DNA of 54,751 nucleotides from a virus: IMG/VR virus record IMGVR_UViG_3300045988_180405; one strand, 5' to 3'. Shown piece by piece: positions 1 to 7,802 of this stretch (position 1 is its first letter; each line of letters starts with the position of its first letter). The notes under the pieces were generated by a model. It saw only the letters and a program-made list of their open reading frames with translations, ran no database searches and was not told where the DNA came from. The position numbers and the translations under genes were made by a program.

Positions 1-446
1 AGCCGCCGACCGTCAGATTATCGGGTAACTTTGCCAATTTTGTACATCCGTTGAGGTAAAGCCAGCCGCCGACCGTCAGATTATCGGGTAGTGCGGTCAG
101 CCCCGTGCATCCCGTAAGGTCAAGCGAGCAGCCGACCGTCAGATTATCGGGTAGTGCGGTCAGCCCCGTGCATCCCGTAAGGTCAAGCGAGCAGCCGACC
201 GTCAGATTATCGGGTAGTGCGGTCAGCCCCGTGCATCCCGTAAGGTCAAGCGAGCAGCCGACCGTCAGATTATCGGGTAGTGCGGTCAGCCCCGTGCATC
301 CGTTGAGGTAAAGCCAGCCGCCGACCGTCAGATTATCGGGTAGCTCTGTCAATCCCGTGCATCCGCTGAGGTCAAGCGAGCCGCCGACCGTCAGATTATC
401 GGGTAGTGCGGTCAGCCCCGTGCATCCGTTGAGGTAAAGCCAGCCG
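1..446. repeat. Tandem array of 63-bp units (7 copies at this end)
   Basis: The motif GCCGACCGTCAGATTATCGGGTA starts at 5, 68, 131, 194, 257, 320 and 383, an exact 63-nt period. There are two main unit variants. The units are read as 21-aa LRR repeats on the minus strand. Confidence 0.95.
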
Positions 447-493
447 CCATTGCGCTCCATCATTTTTTCAAGTTCCGCTTTTGTGTATTCCAT
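1..493 (-). CDS. Leucine-rich-repeat protein, N-terminal part (starts at 493, runs off the window start, continues at the window end)
   Basis: ATG at 493 is preceded by GAGGGGAAGG. The product reads MEYTKAELEKMMERNGG followed by units LPDNLTVGG(W/S/C)L(Y/D)L(N/S/T)GCTGLTA. No stop occurs before nt 1. Confidence 0.85.
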   Translation of the reverse strand, partial: MEYTKAELEKMMERNGGWLYLNGCTGLTALPDNLTVGGSLDLSGCTGLTELPDNLTVGGWLYLNGCTGLTALPDNLTVGCSLDLTGCTGLTALPDNLTVGCSLDLTGCTGLTALPDNLTVGCSLDLTGCTGLTALPDNLTVGGWLYLNGCTKLAKLPDNLTVGG

Positions 494-496
494 TTT

Positions 497-874
497 TCAG
501 CCTTCCCCTCTGTATACCTTCATTCTTTCGCCGTTGATTACCACTACATTGTAGAGCGGCTTGCGCTCGACTGTGGGCGGTTCTTCTTTCGTCGGCTGCA
601 TGTCTTCCTCATTCGCCGCTTTCGGCATCGGTTCCATCTTGGCGATTATTACCTCGCCCACGGCACCGTAATATCGGGAAGTGTCAAGCTGCATGGCTTC
701 TATGTAGTCCTGTACATGTATGCGTCCCTGCTTGTGAAAGCGGTCTGCACTTTTGCGCTTTATTTCCTGTATCAGCTGTGAGGCATCCGAGCGGCAACAG
801 CCGCATAGCTTCATCAAATCCTCTGCCACGAGGAAATCTTTTGCGAACATTTCTTCGCGTTCCTGTCTTGTCAT
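497..874 (-). CDS. Small early protein; N-terminal part resembles DUF3173/excisionase-like DNA-binding proteins (tentative)
   Basis: 125-aa ORF with its stop 4 nt before the LRR gene ATG. The segment FLVAEDLMKLCGCCRSDASQLIQEIKRK...GRIHVQDYIEAMQLD recalls small ICE/phage Xis-like proteins. The function is not verified. Confidence 0.6.
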   Translation of the reverse strand: MTRQEREEMFAKDFLVAEDLMKLCGCCRSDASQLIQEIKRKSADRFHKQGRIHVQDYIEAMQLDTSRYYGAVGEVIIAKMEPMPKAANEEDMQPTKEEPPTVERKPLYNVVVINGERMKVYRGEG

Positions 875-896
875 TCCATTCTTCCTCCTTGCTTTG

Positions 897-1091
897 TTAA
901 ATATCTTTCACCAGCTCATCGATTGTAACGTCGAGAACTCTCGAAATTGTTGCTATCGTAGCGAGTGAAGGTGTTTTCATTCCGGTTTCGTAGTAGTAGA
1001 TGGCGGCTTTCGTAACGCCGACCTCTCCTGCAAGCTCCGCCTGCGTCAGTCCTTTTCTTATTCTTGCTCTTTTAATGTTGGCTCCGAGCAT
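897..1091 (-). CDS. XRE-family HTH regulator, Cro-like (first gene of the leftward early operon)
   Basis: The sequence MLGANIKRARIRKGLTQAELAGEVGVTKAAIYYYETG...LDVTIDELV is a canonical HTH_3 domain. AAGGAGG lies 7 nt upstream of ATG 1091. It is divergent from a second XRE gene. Confidence 0.85.
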   Translation of the reverse strand: MLGANIKRARIRKGLTQAELAGEVGVTKAAIYYYETGMKTPSLATIATISRVLDVTIDELVKDI

Positions 1092-1169
1092 TTTTCTGCC
1101 TCCTTTCCGTTGCAAAGCAACTTTTTTTATTATTTTTCATGAAAAATTCCAAAAATTTGTAAAAATGTA

Positions 1170-1198
1170 TTGACAAAAGTGAATTTGCACTATAAAAT
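1170..1198 (+). promoter_or_regulatory. SigmaA-type promoter TTGACA-N17-TAAAAT reading rightward toward the CI-like gene
   Basis: TTGACA at 1170-1175 and TAAAAT at 1193-1198, located in the divergent intergenic switch region. Confidence 0.5.
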
Positions 1199-1203
1199 AA
1201 AGG

Positions 1204-1219
1204 TATAACCTCGGTTATA
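1204..1219. promoter_or_regulatory. Operator candidate: perfect palindrome TATAACC-tc-GGTTATA
   Basis: 7+2+7 inverted repeat immediately downstream of the -10 box. The GGTTATAT half-site recurs at 1273, 2447 and 3182. Confidence 0.45.
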
Positions 1220-1386
1220 TCGCGGTTTTTGTGAAAAATGCTGTTTTTCTGAAACCGCATTGCACCGACCACGGTTATATTCTACTCCAAAAATGTGGAA
1301 CTGTCAATGGCTTATTCCAACATTTTGGAATTTCGGAACATTGCACAATTATTATGTTCCAATTTTGTGGATTTCGGAGAAAATCA

Positions 1387-1701
1387 ATGTTCATTACTGT
1401 TCTCGAAGAGCTTATCCGGCAAAAGGGTATTACCTCCGCTAAAATGCTTTCCGATTTGGATATGAATAAAAGCTCTGTCCTGAATTGGAAAACGCGCGGG
1501 ACAATTCCGGGCGGCGATGTGCTTATCAAGCTCGCCGATTATTTTGCCGTCCCCGTCGATTATCTTCTCGGCAGAGAGAATGTGCCTGCGCCGCGCGATG
1601 AGATAGCGGAGCTTTCCGCATGCCTTACCACGGGGGAACGGCGAATCGTCGCAGATTATATCCGGTTCCTCATTTCGCAGAGAAAGGACGCGGGCAGATG
1701 A
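1387..1701 (+). CDS. XRE-family HTH repressor-like protein (CI candidate)
   Basis: HTH_3-like segment ITSAKMLSDLDMNKSSVLNWKTRGTIPGGDVLIKLADYFAVPVDYLLG. GGAG lies 9 nt upstream of ATG 1387. C-terminal motif ADYIRFLISQRK. Confidence 0.85.
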   Translation: MFITVLEELIRQKGITSAKMLSDLDMNKSSVLNWKTRGTIPGGDVLIKLADYFAVPVDYLLGRENVPAPRDEIAELSACLTTGERRIVADYIRFLISQRKDAGR

Positions 1702-2138
1702 GCGATAAGCTTTCATTTGAGCAAATTGAAATTCTGCGCTTTATTCGCAGTCAAGATGGATGCACTGTCAGCCGCGAGCGGTTTTTCGAGGCTTTCCCAA
1801 GCGTCAAGCTAAAGACATATACTGCGCTTAGCAAGCTCGGCTACCTTAAGGTGGATTCCGAGGCAGACCCTATATCGCTGACCGACAGCGGCAAAGGCTT
1901 CATAGACGAGTATCTTAAGCAGGAAGCGGAGCTGCAATATCAGCACGGCTTCAACGATAAGACGCTTAAAGCATCAGATGAATCAAATGCAATCGCCCAA
2001 GAAGCAAATGAATACGCTAAAGAAGCAAACGCAATCGCCCGTGAAGCAAATAAGCGTGCGGATAGAGCAAATGCGATATCAATCATCGCGCTCATCATTT
2101 CAGCTATCGCGATTTTGGTTTCCATCTTCGTGCGCTGA
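1698..2138 (+). CDS. Membrane-anchored protein, winged-helix-like N-terminus, translationally coupled to the CI-like gene
   Basis: ATGA start/stop overlap at 1698-1701. Contains EAN-rich repeats (AQEANEYAKEANAIAREANKRADRANA) and a C-terminal TM helix IIALIISAIAILVSIFV. Confidence 0.7.
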   Translation: MSDKLSFEQIEILRFIRSQDGCTVSRERFFEAFPSVKLKTYTALSKLGYLKVDSEADPISLTDSGKGFIDEYLKQEAELQYQHGFNDKTLKASDESNAIAQEANEYAKEANAIAREANKRADRANAISIIALIISAIAILVSIFVR

Positions 2139-2195
2139 TGGGCTTGCTTCTTAAGTACCGAGAGTTATCGCATTATCTCGCTTTCGCTTGAATAA

Positions 2196-2414
2196 TCAAT
2201 AAAGCAATGCGAAAATAATGGTTGCTATTGCAAGTGTTAAAGCAATGCACGCAAAGCAAATACTGCGATTAGAACGCCGAAGGCTCTCTTTTGCCTGTTG
2301 CAGCCGCTCTTTAGATAGCCGCAGGCTCTCTAAAGCCAGTCGCCTGTACTCCTCCTCTTCTTCCCGAAGCTCGAGGTCTCTTTCCGTAGAGGTAAAACGG
2401 TTCTCATTTCCCAT
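2196..2414 (-). CDS. Small coiled-coil protein with a C-terminal TM helix
   Basis: AAGGAGGTG lies upstream of ATG 2414. Charged helix followed by ICFACIALTLAIATIIFALLY. Confidence 0.6.
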   Translation of the reverse strand: MGNENRFTSTERDLELREEEEEYRRLALESLRLSKERLQQAKESLRRSNRSICFACIALTLAIATIIFALLY

Positions 2415-2586
2415 TTCTTTCACCTCCTTTCGCGGTGGTGTACTGTGGTTATATTTTAGCACAAATTGCTTGTACTGTCAATGTATAAGCACAAGAAATT
2501 TTAACTTTGTACGAATGCACAAGATACTTGTACTTTTATTGTTTATTATTACCAATTGCACGGAGTCTTAAGGAAAAAATACGATT

Positions 2587-3177
2587 ATGACGGTTATCGA
2601 AAGAATATTCGCCGAGCTGAATAAGCAGGGTAAAAGCCAAATTGAACTTGCAAGAAATCTCGGGATTGCCAAAAATACAGTGACAAACTGGAAACTCGGG
2701 ATTAGCCAGTCCTATATGAAGTTTTTGCCGCAAATAGCGAAATACCTGAATGTGCCGATAGATAGTCTCGTAAGTGATGACCCACCTCTGCCTAAGCCGC
2801 AATTCGGAATAAGGATGTCCGATTCATATGCTGAGCCAACTCCAAATGATAATTCGGCAGTTTTTATTTCAAAAATTGAGCGGCTGCTCGAAGAGCGCAA
2901 TATCCAAAAGAAAAAAATGCTCGAGGATTTGAACCTGAATATAAATACTTTTTCCGTATGGAGAAAGCGCGGGACTATTCCGAGCGCAAAGGTATTGCAG
3001 AAAATCGCTGATTACTTCGGCGTTCCGGTTTCCTCACTTTTTGACGATTCCGATACCCCCGCCACGCCTGCCGAACTGCAAGACCTGATAAGCAGGACGC
3101 GCAACCTCTCGGCAGAGGAAATAAAAGAACTCGACGATTATCTCAATTTCATTATCTCAAAGCGCAGTCAACCATGA
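2587..3177 (+). CDS. Tandem double-HTH XRE-family regulator
   Basis: Two HTH_3-like domains (aa 1-65 and aa 95-160). C-terminal motif LSAEEIKELDDYLNFIISKRS. Confidence 0.85.
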   Translation: MTVIERIFAELNKQGKSQIELARNLGIAKNTVTNWKLGISQSYMKFLPQIAKYLNVPIDSLVSDDPPLPKPQFGIRMSDSYAEPTPNDNSAVFISKIERLLEERNIQKKKMLEDLNLNINTFSVWRKRGTIPSAKVLQKIADYFGVPVSSLFDDSDTPATPAELQDLISRTRNLSAEEIKELDDYLNFIISKRSQP

Positions 3178-3275
3178 CCACGGTTATATTTTATCACAAT
3201 AACTTGTGAATGTCAATCAAAAATCACAAGTAGGTGTGAATTTCGTGCTATTGCACATATAAGGAATTGATTTTT

Positions 3276-3596
3276 ATGCATAATTCACAAGAAGTTGCGA
3301 ATGTAATAAAAGCTCTTGCCAAAGAAAGAAATATTTCCATCGGGAAAATGCTTGCCGAGTTGGGCTTGAGCATAAACACCATGTCATCTATGCAGTCAGG
3401 CGGCTTTTATCCGAGAGTTGAATCACTCACAAAAATAGCGGACTATCTCGGTGTATCCGTGGACTATCTCCTTGGTCGGGATTTGTCCCTACCCCATGAG
3501 GATGCCCGCCTTATATCCCTCATGAAAACTCTCACAGCGGAGGAGAAATCCGCGCTGGAGAATTTTATAAACTATCTTATAAAGAAAAGGAAGTGA
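3276..3596 (+). CDS. XRE-family HTH regulator
   Basis: HTH_3-like segment ISIGKMLAELGLSINTMSSMQSGGFYPRVESLTKIADYLGVSVDYLLG. C-terminal motif LTAEEKSALENFINYLIKKRK. AAGGA lies upstream of ATG 3276. Confidence 0.85.
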   Translation: MHNSQEVANVIKALAKERNISIGKMLAELGLSINTMSSMQSGGFYPRVESLTKIADYLGVSVDYLLGRDLSLPHEDARLISLMKTLTAEEKSALENFINYLIKKRK

Positions 3597-5083
3597 TGCC
3601 GATGGGCTGGTTTATCGGCATAGCATGCATCGCGGCTTTGATAATCATAGTGGCACTCGGAGTAATTTCAATAAAGGAAAATGCCGAGGAAACAGCCGCA
3701 AAAGAAGCCGCAAACAGACCCATGACAAGCTATGGCGGAAGAAAAATCACAGATACCTGCGAGTGTTGCGGCGAGCGTAAGGAAACAAGGCTCTATCTCG
3801 AAAACGGAAAGACGGTGCGCGAGTATTGCAAAGCATGCGCCGATGCCACAAGAGCCGACGGATATGTTTCCCTTCAGGCTCTGAATGTGGTAAAGCCCGC
3901 TCCCGACACTCCGAAAAAGCCGGACGGTTCGTTTTCGCCGCCTGAACCGCCTGAAAAGCCCCGTAAGCGCGTCAAAGTTAAAAAGGGTACAATTATCGCC
4001 CTCTGCATCATAGCGGCGATTCTGATAGCTGTAGTAACGCTCACTGTGGTGTTCCGCCGTCAGATATCGGGCTTCATCTATGAAAAGACAGGAAAATGCT
4101 TTTATCACCAGTTGTCTTTCAAGGATAATCACAGCATCACATATAACCAAAGGGCGGATGACACAAAATGCCACGATATTACGCGCGATTTCATCTGCGA
4201 CCGTTGCGGCAAGGAAATAATAGAAACGAAAAAACAGAAACACAGCACTGATTATACATACGACATCATTCATATAAAAGCAGACGAAAAAACTCATACC
4301 TATAATAAACAAAGCCACTGCCCGCAGTGCGGTATCGTTTGCGAGCATGAAAATATAACCGAAGAACATACCGAGTTCAAAAGCGATTATATTTACAGAA
4401 AAGTGGACGGCACTTCCCATTCCGTGCGCAAGCTTATAAGCTGCGCGTTCTGCGGAGTACCCTGCGGCGAAGAAAACTATACGGAAGAACATAGCGACTA
4501 TACATACAGCACAGGATATTTCAGGTCAGACAGCGAGAGCCATCTTGTGCGTAAGTATTCTTATTGCGGGAAATGCGGCGAAAGCTGCGGATATGAGGAT
4601 ACATACGAGAAGCATGTATTCGGCTATGTGGAAACGGCAAAGCCGACCTGCACGGCTCAGGGCGGAAGATATAAGGAATGCTCAAAGTGCCGCGAAAGAG
4701 AATGGAAAGAAATCGTGCCCGCAAGGCACACATACTATGCTTTGAACGAAAAAGAACGCTATACATGGTGCTCGCAGTGCGGCAAGGAAACAACCGATGT
4801 CTTTGCATTGAGAATCCGACGCGTTATCGAAGCCGACTATGTAAACGACCGAGCTTATGTCCGCTACTATGTAAAAACAAAGAATTGCAGCTCACAGACC
4901 GTTTCGGAAGTGAAAGCTACTATAAAAATCTGTAATTCAAAGGGAAAAGTCATATACGACGATACAAAGGTGTGGAAACCCTCTTCATTCGCCCCGGGTA
5001 CTGTCGCCAGTTTTGATTTTATCCCGCCGGACTTTCTGACCGATGTAAGCACATATTCCGTAGAATATGAAATCGTCAAGTAA
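3596..5083 (+). CDS. Two-TM membrane protein with a cytoplasmic zinc ribbon, five Cys/His repeat modules and an FxLYD-like C-terminal domain
   Basis: Its start overlaps the stop of the upstream XRE gene (GTGATG at 3593-3598). TM helices at aa 5-27 and about 135-157. Repeated C-x2-C-G...EEH...Y.Y...SH modules. Confidence 0.8.
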   Translation: MPMGWFIGIACIAALIIIVALGVISIKENAEETAAKEAANRPMTSYGGRKITDTCECCGERKETRLYLENGKTVREYCKACADATRADGYVSLQALNVVKPAPDTPKKPDGSFSPPEPPEKPRKRVKVKKGTIIALCIIAAILIAVVTLTVVFRRQISGFIYEKTGKCFYHQLSFKDNHSITYNQRADDTKCHDITRDFICDRCGKEIIETKKQKHSTDYTYDIIHIKADEKTHTYNKQSHCPQCGIVCEHENITEEHTEFKSDYIYRKVDGTSHSVRKLISCAFCGVPCGEENYTEEHSDYTYSTGYFRSDSESHLVRKYSYCGKCGESCGYEDTYEKHVFGYVETAKPTCTAQGGRYKECSKCREREWKEIVPARHTYYALNEKERYTWCSQCGKETTDVFALRIRRVIEADYVNDRAYVRYYVKTKNCSSQTVSEVKATIKICNSKGKVIYDDTKVWKPSSFAPGTVASFDFIPPDFLTDVSTYSVEYEIVK

Positions 5084-5098
5084 ATCGGAGGTGAGCAT

Positions 5099-5659
5099 AT
5101 GAAAAACAGAAAAAACAGTATCGGGGTGTTGAAAGCCCTGATGATAATCTGCATGGTTATCGGCGCGATTGTATTCATGGCGGGACTTGGCAAAAATACC
5201 GAAGAAGAGCCGTTCGCCCGGCTTTATATAACATACGGACTTGCCGCATTTTTCGGCGCTTTGGTTCCTTTCCTGTTTGTCTGTATAATCGATGATTTCA
5301 CCGAAGAGGACGGAATAGTCGTTCATCCCGTGCACGTCGTGGAAAACCCGAAGGAAACACCGAAGCCGGAAGTCCACAGCGGCACACTCAAAGTCCCCGA
5401 TATCACATATTATGAGGGCAAGCTCGAAATTCAGGATAAAACCCTTTCGTTCCCCATATATGCCCGCTCCGCTACGGGACGCTTCTTCACATTGTATCTC
5501 CGCTTCTACGACGCACAGAATAATATGACAGCCGAGCGTATAACGGAATTTGCCGCCACCCCGAATACCGATGTGTATAATCGCCGCACGGCGAAAATCA
5601 CCAAGGAAGAAGCAGGCGACTATTCTTATTATACATGGTCGGAAATATCGGAAAAATGA
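5099..5659 (+). CDS. Membrane protein (two N-terminal TM helices plus a beta-rich C-terminal domain)
   Basis: GGAGGTG SD. Helices VLKALMIICMVIGAIVFMAGL and ITYGLAAFFGALVPFLFVCII. Confidence 0.75.
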   Translation: MKNRKNSIGVLKALMIICMVIGAIVFMAGLGKNTEEEPFARLYITYGLAAFFGALVPFLFVCIIDDFTEEDGIVVHPVHVVENPKETPKPEVHSGTLKVPDITYYEGKLEIQDKTLSFPIYARSATGRFFTLYLRFYDAQNNMTAERITEFAATPNTDVYNRRTAKITKEEAGDYSYYTWSEISEK

Positions 5660-5702
5660 GGTTTTAAATGCCGAATTTGCGGAAAATCCGCAAAATAAAA
5701 AG

Positions 5703-5730
5703 ATAAGGAGAGGAAAATCCCTCTCCTTAT
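5703..5730. terminator. Bidirectional rho-independent terminator
   Basis: 11-bp stem ATAAGGAGAGG/CCTCTCCTTAT with a 6-nt loop, A-run on one side and T-run on the other, between convergent genes. Confidence 0.7.
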
Positions 5731-5880
5731 TTAAACCTTATTGTCCGAAATCTGCTTTATTTTCAGCAGCAGAAGAAAAACCTCACTCTTCGTAAGTCCG
5801 GCGGCAAGAAGCTTCTTCTCAAATTCGCAACGGTATTCGGTCTCATAAATGCTTGCTGGTCTTGTGGTTGTCTTTTCCAT
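5731..5880 (-). CDS. Small hypothetical protein (49 aa)
   Basis: AGAAGGAGAA SD upstream of ATG 5880. A possible TTGATT-N17-TATGCT promoter lies upstream. Confidence 0.5.
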   Translation of the reverse strand: MEKTTTRPASIYETEYRCEFEKKLLAAGLTKSEVFLLLLKIKQISDNKV

Positions 5881-6080
5881 GGTTTTCTCCTTCTGCTTTA
5901 TATTCTGTTTTATAAATTGCGGGCTTTGCCCTGATTTAAGCATAGCATATACAGGGTGACTAATCAAAGCCCAAATCATATTCCGAAACGTATAATATTA
6001 ACATATGCAATCAAATACGGCAAATTTGTGACCGAAAATGGTCTTTTTGAAATACAATACAAAATAAGAAAGGATGAAGA

Positions 6081-6632
6081 ATGGAAATTCAGGGCAGAGA
6101 TTTAAGCGCAAAGCTTAAGGAAATGAAAAACAAAAGCAATCTGTCAAATCAGCAGATAGCCGATATAAGCGCAACACCGCTCAGCACCGTTACAAAGATA
6201 CTGAGCGGAGAAACGGAAAGCCCGTCTTTTTTTACCGTCTGCGGAATAGTGCGTACATTGGGCGGTTCCGTGGATGAAATGATAGGCATTCCCATAGATT
6301 CCGATAAAAGAAGTCAGAAACCGACAGAGTATGAGATAATGCTGTGCGAAAAGCAAAAGGAAATAGAACGCCTCTCCGAGCTGCACGAAAGAGAGCTTGC
6401 AAATGTCCGCGCCGATAGGGACAGCGAGCTCATGAACGTCCGCAAGTCGAAGCGGCTTCTCGCTATCTGGTTTTCAATCACACTTGCGTTCGTAATCATG
6501 CTTTTAGCCATTGATATTCTCAACGGCAATATAGGCTTTATCAGATATACGAATCAGTTCAGAAATCAGTCGGTCGCCGACGGCAATTCCGTCATGCAAT
6601 ATATCAAAGAATTTTTCTCAAAGGTGCTGTAA
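6081..6632 (+). CDS. Membrane-anchored XRE-HTH regulator (HTH + coiled coil + TM)
   Basis: N-terminal HTH_3-like segment LSNQQIADISATPLSTVTKILSGETESPSFFTVCGIVRTLGGSVDEMIG. TM helix LLAIWFSITLAFVIMLLAIDIL. Lies immediately upstream of int. Confidence 0.8.
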   Translation: MEIQGRDLSAKLKEMKNKSNLSNQQIADISATPLSTVTKILSGETESPSFFTVCGIVRTLGGSVDEMIGIPIDSDKRSQKPTEYEIMLCEKQKEIERLSELHERELANVRADRDSELMNVRKSKRLLAIWFSITLAFVIMLLAIDILNGNIGFIRYTNQFRNQSVADGNSVMQYIKEFFSKVL

Positions 6633-6637
6633 AATAA

Positions 6638-7774
6638 ATGGCAGAATTTTATATTTCAAGTACAAAACATTCGGTAAGAGAACGTCAGACCAAAAATAAC
6701 GGCAAGGTCTATGATGTCGTTTTCCGCATAACCGATAAATTCGGCAATGTGGCGCAGAAGAAACTCTCCGGCTATAAAACAAAAGCACTTGCCAGAGCCG
6801 CACATGCGAAATTCATTACGGAACATTGCGAGGTCAATAAGGAAAAGGCACGCCCGCAGAAAACCGTCAATCCCGAAAAGGAAACACCCACCGTCGGCGA
6901 GCTTGTCCCGCTCTATCTTGCATCTATACAGAACCAAAACAAACCGTCAGTCGTCTACGGCAAAAAGACAGATTATGATATCTATCTCCTACCCAAATAT
7001 CAAAACAGCAAAATTACAGCCCTTACAAAGGAAGAAATGTACCGCTGGCAGGATGAGCTGTGGGCAACGCGAAATCCACGCACAGGCGACTTCTATTCGT
7101 ATTCCCGACTTGTCAATATAAGAGTACGCGTCAATGCATTTCTCTCATATTGCGAGAGCCGCTATGGATATAAAAACTACCTCGCGGAAATTCCCAAGCC
7201 CAAACGCCGCGCACCGAAAGCTCCTATGCTCTTCTGGACGAGAGAAGAATTTGATAAATTCATCGCTACAGTCGACGACCCGAGAATGCACTGCCTCTTT
7301 ACCATGCTGTTTTTCACGGGCAGAAGAAAAGGCGAAATCTTTGCTCTTACTCCGAACGATGTCAAACCGGATAAATTGCTTATATCAAAGTCCGTTACGC
7401 GCCAGACGCTGGACGACAAGCCGTATCAGATTACAAGCACTAAGGCGGACAAGGTTCATGAAATCCCGCTCTGCCCTATCGTGCAGGAAGAACTCAAAAA
7501 TTATAAAGGCGAAGCACCATTCTTCTTCGGCGGTGATAAACCTATGCCCCCTACTTCCGTAACCCGCTATTTTGAAAAGCATATCGCACAGGCAGGCGTG
7601 AAACGCATCCGTGTCCATGACCTCCGTCATTCGTTCGTTTCCATGCTTATTCACCTCGGAGCCAATTACACCGTAGTTGCCGACCTCATAAGCGATACTC
7701 CCGAACAGGTTACTAAGACATACGGACATATGTACGACGAGGATAAACTCTCTATACTTTCCCATCTTAAATAA
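6638..7774 (+). CDS. int: Tyrosine integrase (phage integrase family) with an N-terminal arm-type DNA-binding domain
   Basis: Catalytic signature TGRRKGEIFAL ... HDLRHSFVS ... TYGHMY. N-terminal beta-rich AP2-like segment GKVYDVVFRITDKFGN. Confidence 0.95.
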   Translation: MAEFYISSTKHSVRERQTKNNGKVYDVVFRITDKFGNVAQKKLSGYKTKALARAAHAKFITEHCEVNKEKARPQKTVNPEKETPTVGELVPLYLASIQNQNKPSVVYGKKTDYDIYLLPKYQNSKITALTKEEMYRWQDELWATRNPRTGDFYSYSRLVNIRVRVNAFLSYCESRYGYKNYLAEIPKPKRRAPKAPMLFWTREEFDKFIATVDDPRMHCLFTMLFFTGRRKGEIFALTPNDVKPDKLLISKSVTRQTLDDKPYQITSTKADKVHEIPLCPIVQEELKNYKGEAPFFFGGDKPMPPTSVTRYFEKHIAQAGVKRIRVHDLRHSFVSMLIHLGANYTVVADLISDTPEQVTKTYGHMYDEDKLSILSHLK

Positions 7775-7802
7775 CACCGCCGCAACACCTCTGCAGCTTC
7801 GA

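Noticed and set aside
105-311. Plus-strand 68-aa ORF (MHPVRSSEQPTVRLSGSAVSPV repeated).
   Set aside because: It is the antisense reading of the LRR repeat array. It has no SD, and it is open only because the repeat unit happens to lack stops in that frame.
1-446. Regularly spaced direct repeats that an automated tool might call a CRISPR array (also at 54490-54751).
   Set aside because: The period is exactly 63 nt, a multiple of 3. The apparent spacers are only two or three recurring variants. The whole array is one open minus-strand reading frame encoding 21-aa LRR units with a proper SD and ATG at 493. No cas genes or leader are present.
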